A program made the position numbers and the translations under genes. A stretch of DNA of 64,000 nt from Antedon mediterranea (lineage: Eukaryota > Animalia > Echinodermata), in the NCBI RefSeq assembly GCF_964355755.1, contig NC_092679.1, positions 16,847,432 through 16,911,431 of the forward strand, given 5' to 3'. Of this stretch, positions 47,461 to 60,100 are shown in pieces. The stretch's first letter is position 1, and each line of letters starts with the position of its first letter. Below the pieces are notes generated by a model, which was not told the origin of the DNA, searched no databases, and worked only from the letters and a program-made list of their open reading frames with translations.

Positions 47461-49075
47461 TGATGTAGTGTGATGTAAATTGAACTATTATAGTGCAGGA
47501 ACTTAACTGGAAACCGTTCGGTTCTATACACATATGCACGATTTGAAGTAACCTATCCAGACGAAAAGCTTCAAAACGGAACCTTGATGGAATTATAATC
47601 TGGATTTTATCGAAAATTCAATGTCGGGGTCTGTTTTTGTGTGTATGTGTACAGCGTCCAATGTGCATTGTTTTAAATAATACATGTATAACACGTGTAT
47701 AAACTTACTCTTTACAAGAAGTTACTTCGGTATTATATTACAGTCATTGAGCAGATCGGAAGGGGATCGTACCCAGCTCTGCGGTTTTAAACCAAGGGCG
47801 CACAAAACTGATGACTTTCGAATTAAAATGATTAATGTAATTAACGCCAATTAAGACTCGAGGTTTGTCTTATTTTTAAATTAATTTCACAGATGAAATA
47901 TTTGTTGTAAAATAACTGATGTAATTGTTTGATATAGAATGAAGAATGAATGAGGTGTATTAAGGTCATGTCGGGTCAGGTCAGGTCGATCAATAGTTAA
48001 CCATAATGTTGTAATTGTAGCAAATATATTATCGTGTATGCTTGAATATTTATTTAACGATCTAGCTGTATAGTTTTGGCAATCGCATTTTTACCTTTGC
48101 TTTTTGGAGTTTTTAATAGACTGGAAGTCGGTTGCTCAATTTCATACAACCATGGATTTTCATAACAAATCAATAATTCATATCCTGTACAATTATCGTT
48201 TATGATTTATTCTACTTATTGCTAATATTTATTTGTCATATTTATGATTATAATATAACATAAGATACTATTATTTTTTCATTTATTGTCTGTAATATTG
48301 TTTTATTTTTTTGTTATAAAAATGTTTTGATATTTTTTTTAACTAATAGATTATTGTAACTTAAAATAATATAATAATTTCATTTAAAATGTGTAGCTGG
48401 TGACGTCCGATTGATTTTGCATAGACATAATAAGTCGTGAAAAAAAATAAAAACTTAGAATTTAGTCTGTACTTTGATAAGCCGTTGCGTAAACCCAGAT
48501 AAACAATAGAACATTCATTAAACCGTCAATTATTTCCTCCACAGATTTATGTGTTGTAAATTACAGTCTTTCTAAACTATAGGTGGCAGCAGATACATTT
48601 ATATGATCATGCAGAAATCGTTAAACTGTTCAGACTTTAATCATGGAGTAAAGAATAATTATTCTTATTCTTTACTCCATGCTTTAATACATAGTAAACA
48701 TTACATTATTAGTGTAATAAGATGAATAGTGACAAATATCCATGAATGTAATATGGCAACCAATTAAAGAATTAAAGACGCAACAGCTGACATGTATTCT
48801 ATTCATATTTGATTTTTTTTTACCTATATTGCATTTTTTTCTTTTTTAGAATACTCTATGCTCTATAATACCTCCTATTATTCATTATTTCTTTGTGGTA
48901 CATTTATAAACACCAAATAATACCTCTTTTATATGTACGTTCAGCAGTGGTTTATAAATTAGATAATGCTTGACCTTGACCTACCAATTTGGTTTATTGT
49001 TTATACCGCTGCTGAATTCATCCATGCTTTTCATACGTGTTTCTTTTTTCCGTGCATCAACATACGATTTTTTAT

Positions 49076-49844
49076 ACGCCGTGGTTAGGATTCCGGCACC
49101 GGAACTCAACTGCCCACCGTTAGGGAATCCGACACGATATTGCGCATGCCCAGAGCTCTGGGAAGTGAATTATAGCTTGCACTAATAGTGCCACACACCA
49201 CACCACCGAGAGTCGGAGTGTTATAGGGATTTACTGTAGCCTAGATAGTCGAGTCGTTGCGCGAGCGAGAGATGGATGAAACTTGGCCTATGCCATACAT
49301 GAATTAATAATTAAAATACGACTACGCCACGCGTTAAAATAATTATAATGATATTAATAAGAATCAGTATCTATCTAAGAATCGTAATGCTGTTTTTAAC
49401 GTTGCGACCCCGAATTCCCGAACAGTTTTTTCACATCCACGCGGTGGCTGCCGTCAACAAATCAACTTGTGAATATTGCATGTTATGTACAGTATATTAA
49501 ATGCGTTATGAAAAACCATAAAACTAGTCATGTAATTATATAATTCATAATGATATGAAGTTTATATATGAATGCAGCAACCACTTTTTAATTACAAAAT
49601 AAATAGGCCCACTGGTCACGTCTAACTGGTAGGCCTAGATTAGTGGATCCCGCATTATTAGTAGGCATCTAGGCTAGTTCGCCGTGTGTGGCGGCGCAGC
49701 TATGAAATGATCCATCGCTGTATAGTCAAAGAATTGGTATAGTATAGAGTCGCCGATTACCTCGCTCTGGGCATGCGCAATAGCGTGTCGGATTTCCTAA
49801 CGCTGGGCAGTTGGGTTCCGGTGCCGGAATCCTAACCACGGCGT
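49076..49844. mobile_element. Non-autonomous element with about 80-bp terminal inverted repeats upstream of MTR
   Basis: ACGCCGTGGTTAGGATTCCGGCACCGGAAC...GCGCATGCCCAGAGC is mirrored at about 49764-49844 with few mismatches. No clear TSD. Confidence 0.75.
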
Positions 49845-50370
49845 TTTTCGCCAGGAGTTCAAGAGGTGCTGGCTAGATATAGAAGTTTCTGTAGGCCCAA
49901 ATATTTTTGTAAGGTGAACTCAAAGCAACATGAACTGTCCAGGTGAGTTTGTACTGTAATTTGATAAAGATTTGACAACCATAATTGAATATACGCTAGC
50001 CTACCCTCGTCTAGTAGGGTAGGCCTAGTAGGAGGTAGGCTACCTAGGGCTAGGGGCCTAGTTCAAGCAGGTTACACCCGCCCGGTATACCACGAAGGCT
50101 AGCTGCTTGACCGGCTAGGGATTAACTAGCCTATATTATATGCCTGGCCTAGCCAGTTCTATTACTACAATACATGCTACCACAAACTAACTAGGCCTAG
50201 GCTACACTGGTTATGAAAAGTAAACAATCTTTTATTCCAAGTGCCCCATCCATCGTTCAAAATTGTTATTTTTAATGAAACAATTTTTTAAATTTAAATT
50301 TTAGTTCAGATTTATATCAGGTGAAACCACAAGGCAAGTCTCTAATAATTCATCAATTCTTTGAAACAGG
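49845..50370 (+). promoter_or_regulatory. Putative MTR promoter and non-coding 5' exons
   Basis: Strong donors CAG|GTGAGT (49942/49943) and AGG|GTAAGT (50370/50371), acceptors near 50320 and 51099, and an AGGCCT-rich tract after the first donor as in TBCB intron 1. Confidence 0.5.
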
Positions 50371-51126
50371 GTAAGTTCTAATGTACTGACTTTAGTCAAA
50401 GAATCTCCTGTTCGTCCGAAGCGCGTAACAATTTCGAAAGGCATTGTGGGATAGAATAGAGCTAATGGGTGGCGCCATTGTGAGCCATGGAGTAGGGCGC
50501 CCGAATCAAATTAGAAAGTCAAAATCATAGAGGGGATCTGCTAATACTCTAGGGGGGTAGAGTAATTGACTTCCTAGTTTGGAGGGGGCGCTGCTCCATG
50601 CTGTGAAATAGCGTCGCCCAGTTTGACCTTTTAACCCTGTACTTCCGATACTGTGTTTTGAATGCAAATTGAAGAACAGGAGATTCTTTGCTGTAGTTAG
50701 TTGTTGTTGTTGTCTAATTGTCAATAATATGTTGTTATGCCTAGAGAATGCACTTGTGAATTATATGACACACTTTAAAACCCCTAGGAGAGCTGTGTCA
50801 TTTGTCTGATGTGCGTCATACCTTATGAATACCATGACGCACCCGTACAGCAAAAATATGAAACCATAAAATTAAAATACTAGTCTTTAAACAAATAAAA
50901 ATATTCAAATCGTAAGCATTCATTATTTATTTTATAATATACAGTACTGTATAAAATAATGTGTTTTTGTTGAGAGTTTTTAAAATTGGTATTGTTTCGT
51001 GTTGATATAAATATTGTAATTATGATGTATTTTAAGACGAGCAATGTAATTTTCTCATTGTGGGAAAGAATAAAGATGATACTTGATACTCTCTTCTAGA
51101 GTGGTTGAAAATAAATATATATTAAA

Positions 51127-54100
51127 ATGGGGGTCGAAACGGAGATTGCCAAGACACTGCAGGAGCGGATTATGATCTTTGATGGTGGAATGGGTACAAT
51201 GATTCAAGCATTAAAATTTGATGAAAATGAGTTCCGTGGCGAGGAGTTTAAAAATCATCCAAAATCATTGAAGGGTAACAATGATCTGTTGTCTCTTACA
51301 CAAGCAGATGCCATCTTAAAGATACATAAGGTATGATTGAACATTTAAAAAAAATGTAGTGTCTAGTCATAGATGCAATCCCCATGCTATACCTATGACA
51401 ACAAATTTTTTTTACTAAAGAAGATACTATGAGTTTCGAACCGTAGCCTAATGCTACAGCATGATGTTGCGAAACCCAAGCTACCGACCAGCTTACAGTA
51501 CAATGCAACGACATTAGTTTTTTATCTAACGTCATTGGTGGCACTATATACATAGATATACTGTAGTCTGGAGATTGTATCTACGACTAGTTGTAGATGC
51601 AGCCAGTTTGTTAAAAAAAATAAGATAATAAATTATTTGATTTTGTTGATTGCATAAAGCTCTGTCAACACTATCAATCTTTATGTGACAAAAAAATGTG
51701 ATGTGCCCATATATGCCCATGATGATGTCATATAACTACCATGTTTGGGCATATCACTACCATATTTGGACACATCACACTTTTTTTGTCAAACTAGTTT
51801 GATAGTGTAGACAGAGCTTAATGTGGCATTTGTTCATTTTATTAATGCAACATGCTACGCTCGATGGTCTTACCTTTGACATCCGGAAACTGGTTTTGAC
51901 AATTTTCTGTATGGATAACAATTTCTTTCCTTCTTAAAAATTAAAAACAAATATAGATATAAAAGGCAAGGAAAGACCAAACAGGTGCTATTTACATGTA
52001 TGCTAATTGGTCAACCAAAAACTGATAAAAACAAGATAAATAAATATCTACAAATTACAATATTTAGACGGTCTTTTAATATAAAAGGTCTTAAAAAACA
52101 TTGGAAATCATGATATATGTTGGCCTACTGTATGTCTGATTTTGTCAAAAACTCTAACCTGTGTCAACTGCAACAAATTCCACAGTCTTGAAGTTTTTCT
52201 CCTCACTTGTAGTAGGGGTATCCTTAGTATCGACAGGTAATGTCTATTTTCATTTTTATCATATTTCAGGATTACCTACTAGCAGGTTCCGACTTTGTTG
52301 AAACAAATACATTTAGTGGAACCAGTGTTGCACAAGCTGACTATGGATTAGAACACATTGTAAGTATTATTTTTATTTGAGTATAGGCCTACATGTATAC
52401 CTTTAATTAAAGACGGCCACCCAGCAAAACCCTGCCAGCCTGGGGAGGAGATAGGCACCACTTGGAGATATGACTTTATGCCTGTGTATCATATCATAAT
52501 GCTCGTACAACTACTGTATCTCATCTGCAACGCATGGGGCAAGAGAGGACGAGAGAATTGTTTTTAAAGATTTTGATTTACTATATTATTTCACTCACAG
52601 GTTTACCGATTAAATAAAGAATCAGCACAAATAGCTAAAAAGGCTGCAGAGGAAGTGACTAAAGAAACAGGTGTCCAACGCTATGTTGCAGGGGCTTTAG
52701 GGCCGACTAATCGTACACTATCCATCTCACCATCTGTTGAACAACCAGAGTTTAGAAACATAAGTATGTTTATTCATTGGATTCTAGTCTCATATCAAAA
52801 TATTGAATTGTAAATCTATGCTAATATATTTCATTAATAATGCTTATATATTAGTAAGTGAGTGGCCGAGCGGTTAAGACAGTGGAACCGTAATTACATA
52901 GCCATAACATCGGCAGGGGTTCAAGGCTCACTCACTCATGGTTCTGGTGGTAGAACGAGTCTTCTCGGATAAGGACTATAAACCGTAGGTCCAGTGTACA
53001 CATCTAGCTCGTGTGCACTTTAAAGAACCTAGTACATCTTTCGAGACGAGTAGGGGGTTACCCCGGTGTATTAGTACATCATAGCCACTGATCATAACTG
53101 AGCCCTCCGGGAGACCAGTATTTGACTGAAGAGGTCACCCAGTATAAATATATATTTCAATCAATCATAAACCTTATTTTGTTGAGTCAAGTGGTTAAAG
53201 CAGGCTGAGGAACACTCTGCAAACCATGTTGATATTGGCCCAGGTTCCAGGCTTCTCGGTAAAGAAGACTTAAATTAGGGTTATCCTGGTCCATATACAC
53301 CTAAGCCCATTTAGTGGTAGTTCTGCACAAAGGGAAAGTGTACACTATCAAACTAGTGTGATGTGTCTAAATATAGTAAGTGATATGACATCATCATGTC
53401 CATATATGGGCACATCACATTTTTTTGTCACATACAGTAAAGTTTGATAGTGTAGACAGAGCTTTAGGGAAGATAAAAGTCCACTGCACTTTAATACGTA
53501 AAGCATTATAAGCAATTTACAGCATATTTATTATTCTAGAATCTGGTGGTAATTTTTTACTAGGCCATTTAGCACAGATTTTTGACCAGCAAATGTGATT
53601 TTATTAACAATTTATATGCAATGCTGGTATTAAATCCAATCATATTAAGTATTCAAACAAATTATGAAAGATGTTTTTTTTTGTGATTTTTGAACAATTA
53701 AATTTTGAAATTTTACAAAAAATGTTTTGAATTAGTAGAGGCATACACAAAGCAAATTATGAAAAAGCGTTATTGTGTAGTTTTAAACACTAAATTCAGA
53801 AAATACTATGAAATTTGATAATGTATAAAAGTTAACATATTACCGTGTAATGTTTGTTTATTAGCTTTTGATAAACTAGTCGAGGCATACACAGAGCAAG
53901 CAAAAGGACTACTAGACGGCGGTTCAGATGTTTTACTCGTAGAGACTATATTTGACACGCTTAATGCAAAAGCCGCCCTCTATGCTATCCAGTTGCTTTT
54001 TGAGAGTGAATACGAACCAGTTCCACTCTTTGTAAGTAACAACCTATACAGTTTCTTTCAGCTCAACTACACTAAATTTTTAAGTTTAAATAATTTATAT

Positions 54101-57100
54101 TATATCAAAGGGCAGTCAAAACCTAGTAGATTTTATACATTTATATTTGTCATTTTGTGTATTTTGGAGGAAATAAACAAAAAAGAATTACTTATAAATT
54201 GCATTGTTCAATAAAATGATTATTTATAGTATTGACCCTCACAAACTATTGTCTTATAGGTTTTTATTAGGCATCATTACATCTGTGTGGTGTTGGTATT
54301 ATTTATCTAGTAAAAATGGATATGATAATGCTGCAGTTATATAATGATAAGAGTCACCCACAAGGGTAAAATCTCAGATATTTTAAATTTGTGTTTTTAC
54401 TAAATTTTCAGTATATGCACATTTTTATATTCTAAATGTTTTATCTGTAATCAGTGCAAAGGATACACTTACTAGATAGTGATTAGTTTCATTTTTTAGG
54501 AATCCTTGTATTAAATATATATTGTTTATTTAGTATATATGTAGGCAAAATAAATATCCAATCACTTGTTCAAAAGCTACAACGATATTTAATTTTGATA
54601 TTTAATTAAAGCATGGACCTATACATTTAGTTTATAGATCTTTGATTAAAGCACAGTAGACTAAATTGTAACTTAAAACATAGTGGTATAAAAAAGGCCA
54701 AAACATAGGGAAGTTTTGTTGTTGTTACAATTAAACCTTTGTGATGCAGTCATGCATTACAAGGTCACAAGATGAATAAGTTACCAAATCATACTACACA
54801 CTGCTGATTTTCTTTCCAGTTTTGATTCAAAAACTTTGTATAGAGTTTAACATAGCACCATGTTACACCCTTTCTGCTTGAAAGATTCCATAATCTTCTA
54901 CAGTAGACCTTCAGAAATAGGCATTTAAAATTTACTGTAGAAAGGACAAAAGCTAGCAGCAAAGCTGTTTTGATAAAATAAAAGCTGAGCTCTACATTTT
55001 TCATCCCCTACATCGTGGCTGTGCTGGCGGATCTTTTAATATACATACAATATTCGGCAACGGAACTACTAGGGCTATGCTGTTCAATGTTGTGTTCGAA
55101 ATATCTTAAATATTTTAGCCAGGTTACTTAAGAATGCCCAATTTTTTCCTAACCACCAACACAAGGTCCCTAAATAATAAAATTAATGAATTTGAAGCCG
55201 TTATTAACCTCTGTCTACACTATCAGCCTTTATGTGAAAAAAAAAAATTAAATATAATATGTGGGCATGATGATGTCATATCATTACCAAAATTTGGCCA
55301 TATCACTACCATATTTTGGCACTTTTATTTCTCAAACTATTTCGATGTTGTAGATCTTTTTATAGTTTTTTTATATGTACTTTTACATTTTTTATACTGT
55401 ATCTTTTTTTTTAAATGTTTAATATATTTTTTATAGGTTTTGATGTTAAACTTTCAGTTTTAAACATGTCTGAACATCACATGCAATTCAGTCTTTACCA
55501 CTGGCCAATTGTGATTTTAATAACATGAACTTAATATACAAATGTATACAGCAGAACCCCTATTAAGAGGACAACTTTGGGACACAAAGTGTGGTTTTAT
55601 TATCTGGTGTCCTCAGATTCGGGTTGGCCATATTGTTAAATGATATAGTGCCTCTTGGTTATTTTGTGGGAAAGTGTCCACTTAATAGAGGTTTCCCTGA
55701 ATAACAGAGGGGTTCCACTGTTTAATTTGTATTAATTCTATTCATTATTGTTTATGTTTTCTTCTCTTTTTGAGAGTGGAGCTGTTCTTGGTGGTTAACA
55801 TGCTTGCCTTCCAATCCAAGTGTCCAGGGTTCAATCCTGACCTAACGTAGTGCCAGAGTTCAATCCTGACCTAACGTAGTGCCAGGGTTTAATCCTGACC
55901 TAACGTAGTGCCAGGGTTTAATCCTGACCTAACGTAGTGCCAGAGTTCAATCCTGACCTAACGTAGTGCCAGGGTTGTAACTCATGACCTAACGTAGTGC
56001 CAGGGTTCAAACCTGACCTAGCGTAGTGCCAGGGTTGTAACTCATGACTCTTTCAACTCCACTCCCTAAGCCTCAAATGATCCTTATAGTAGTTTATAAG
56101 CATGTGTAATTGGCGAGTTACTTGCTGTTGGATGCGTATGAAATGATAATGATGATAATAATAATTTTAAAAAATAACATATTTTCTTTATAAATCTTTG
56201 TTTTTGCCACTGTACCGTTTATGTACAGTATGTATCAAGTTGTAATTTTCGAAACTAACTGATTATTTTTTCCAAATTCAGATTTCTGGGACCATCGTTG
56301 ACAAAAGTGGAAGAACTCTGTCGGGCCAGACGGGGGAGGCCTTTGTTATCAGTGTGTCTCATGTGAAACCAATGTGTCTTGGTCTGAACTGTGCTTTAGG
56401 GGCCACTGAAATGAGACCGTTTATAGAAGCCATTGGACTATTCACTCCCTCATATGTTATATGCTACCCCAATGCAGGTATATTTTTATTATTTACATTA
56501 AAAATAGTGTGATCTGTTTAAAATATGATGTAATGTTTACACTTCATAAATTAATATTCAAACAACAATGGAACATGATCTGAATTCCATTTTTTGACAG
56601 GAAATGGATCTTTACCACTAGACTATAAAGTATCATGATTACAGGTCAACACAATTTTCTATATCATGCAGTATATCATGCAGTATATCATCAATATATA
56701 CCATCATGGAGTACAGTATACTGTGCATTATATCATGCAATATATTTTTCAGTGTATTGTGCAGTGTATCATGCAATATATTGTGCAGTATATCATGCAA
56801 TATATTGTGCAGTATATCATGCAATATATTGTGAAGTATATCATGCCATATATTTTGCAGTATATCATGCAATATATTGTGCAGTATATCATGCAGTATA
56901 TCATCAATATATACCATCATGGAGTACAGTATACTGTGCATTATATCATGCAATATATTTTTCAGTGTATTGTGCAGTGTATCATGCAATATATTGTGCA
57001 GTATATCATGCAATATATTGTGCAGTATATCATGCAATATATTGTGAAGTATATCATGCCATATATTTTGCAGTATATCATGCAATATATTGTGCAGTAT

Positions 57101-60100
57101 ATCATGCAATATATTGTGTAGTGTATTGTGCAGTGAATCATGCAATATACAGTGTAATGCAATGTATCATGTATTATATTATACCATAATCTCATGCAAT
57201 ATATCATTATGCAGTATATCATTCAATGAACCAGGTACTGTATCATGCAGTATATTGTGCAGTATATTATACATAATCTCATGCAATATATCATGCAGTA
57301 AACCATGTATTTCAGTAATAAGCAGTATTTGTATGAAACAGTATTTCATGCAATAAGCCATGTACTGTATCATGCAGTATATCGTGCAATATACCATATA
57401 ATATGGCGTTCAGTATATCATGCAATATACCATATAGTATGGCGTTCAGTATATCATGCAGTATATTCATACCAAGCCTTTTTCCCATACCCTCTTGAAA
57501 CTAGTGTGTAATTGTACAATCTGTACATCTCTCTGCATTGTCTAATAATTGGATTCCTTCTTTAGGTTTGCCGAATACTTTTGGAGACTATGATGAGACT
57601 CCAGAGATGATGTCCTCGCAGCTAGCTGAATTTGCTAAAGACGGCCTGTTGAACATTGTCGGTGGATGCTGTGGCACAACACCAAAACACATCAAAGCAA
57701 TCAAAGAAGCAGTTAGCGTCTATAAACCAAGAATTCCTCCTAAATCAGTTCATCCAGATGCTCTGATGACATCTGGTAAATATATTCAAGCTTCACTTGA
57801 ATCTTTATAAACGCAAAGATATAGAGCACTTAATAATATTATCTGTATGAGTTTAGTTTTAGCTTGTTTTGCTGGTGGGTGGTATTGGAATAGATCCACT
57901 GAGAACCTCTATTTCATGTCTTTATTTCAGGACTTGAACCCATGATAATGGAAAAAGACTTTTTATTTGTAAACATTGGTGAGAGGTGCAACGTAGCTGG
58001 TTCAAGACGCTTTGCTAAGCTAATTGCGAACAATAAATATGAGGTAGATATTAAAACAAGTTTTTTTAAATTTAATGCACCGGTGTTTGTCAACACAATT
58101 TGCTCATGTCTGGATTAGACTCTCTACAGCAGTTTCTAAAAAAAATATATTGAAAAATGGCTGCAATTTTTTATTATGCAAAAGGCCAAAAATATCCTAA
58201 CATTGTTTTTGCCCAAACATTGGAAATGTTGAATCTTTGCACTATATTTTTCTTCAAATTTTAATTGCATTTTTCTTAGGATGCGCTGAGTGTGGCTAAA
58301 TCTCAGGTTGAGTTAGGAGCTCAAATTCTTGATATTAATATGGATGAGGGTATGTTGGATGGTTTGAAAGCAATGAATAAGTTTATCAATTTAATAGCAT
58401 CAGAGCCTGATATCAGCCGGGTAAGTTGCTTGTGTATTGTGCAGGGCACTATTCCAATGATAGTTCCCTTGGAATGATTTTAAAGCATTAATAGCTTCCT
58501 AAAGGGAATTATTTTCCAATAGTATCCAGACAATAATTGGATATTACAACAGTGACGTCTGAGTATATTATCACAAGCCATTCAGTATTTAGTTCTATTG
58601 CATGGTAAAAATTCTATTTAACGGTTCTGTTGCATGCTCAGCCTATTGTAAATATAACAAACATGAGTGTATCCTCGTTGTTTGTTTGATGGTAAATTAA
58701 TTATCATAGGCCATTCAATATTAGTTTTATTGCATGGTAAAATGTCTATTTAATGGTTCTATTAAATGGTTCTATTGCATGTTCATGTAAACATTTTGAT
58801 AATGTGCAAGGCTGGTGATTATTGCATGTTTGAAAACCAACGGTGTCGTTTCTACTTGTAAATATAAATGGGGTCCGGAATAGCCTGCGACTTGCAGCCT
58901 ACTGGACTGAATTGCGCACAGGTGTGGTTGACACATACCACAACTTTCTTCTCCCCTAAGGGTCCCTTCGTGTTGAGTGGTGCCATCAAAGGCACCCTTT
59001 AGTTTGTCCAGAACCAAAATCCAAGCATACATAACTTTTTACCTACTTTTACAGGTCCCTCTTTGTGTAGATTCGTCAAAGTTCCAAGTTGTAGAAGCAG
59101 GGTTGAAATGCACACAAGGAAAATGTATTGTAAATAGTATAAGTTTGAAAGAAGGAGAGGCTGATTTTATTGAGAAAGCTAGCATTATAAAACGACATGG
59201 TGCGGCTGTAGTTGTAATGGCATTTGACGAAGTTGGACAGGTAACAATCTCACGAAAATCACTTTTTAGCTGATAAATGATTTTATTTATTTTTTTTTTT
59301 ATTTTATTCATTTCGGCAATAAACATAAAATAATAATTACAAAAAAAAACATAGAAATATATATATATATATGAAATACAAGACACGAGGCCGAGGAAGG
59401 ACAAAAGCATTAAACAAAATGCTGTCACCGGTAACGTGTGTCTCTCCAACAATGATGATGATACAGCAGCTTTAAAATTAAACTGAATGCCATTATTTCT
59501 TAATGGACACCCCTTCCAAGTTTATAACCAGTACTACACACTAAAATAGTTGCTTTAGTCATAAGTTATTTAATTTTCTTTTTTTCACAGGCGGCTGACA
59601 GCCAAAGAAAGATTGAAATATGTACACGCTCTTACAACATACTGGTGAACGAGGTCGGATTTAACCAAAATGACATCATATTTGACCCCAACATTCTGAC
59701 GATAGCAACTGGTATAGAGGAGCACAATACATATGCTATAGACTTTATAAATGCATTGAAGGAGATTAAGGTAAGATTAACATTAAGGTAACTTTGTTTA
59801 AATATGTTTATGGTTTTTTTACATATGGAAAGCCAAATCTGCCAAAAATTTACAATGCATACATATTATTTTTCTACCGATCTCTTAAAATTCACGATTC
59901 TATTTATGTTTTCTGCGCATCTTGTGTTCGCGAGTACGTTTTTGTGCATGTTTTATTCTGCGAATACATTTTTGTGTGTCTTTGGTTGTCCTTTTCTACA
60001 CATGCGATGTGTGTTTGTAGTTGTATTTTTGGTTGCTCTCACCTTGTCTTTGTACGTTGTGTGTTTGTATTAGTACATTGTGTGTTTGTAATTGTACTTT

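Noticed and set aside
52855-52940. Possible tRNA genes here and at 43333, 55780 and 63483
   Set aside because: A/B boxes are present but there is no complete cloverleaf, and each continues into SINE body sequence.
56635-57511. ORFs with YHAI / ILHD / MQYI repeats in several frames
   Set aside because: A 12-bp minisatellite inside an MTR intron is stop-free by periodicity.
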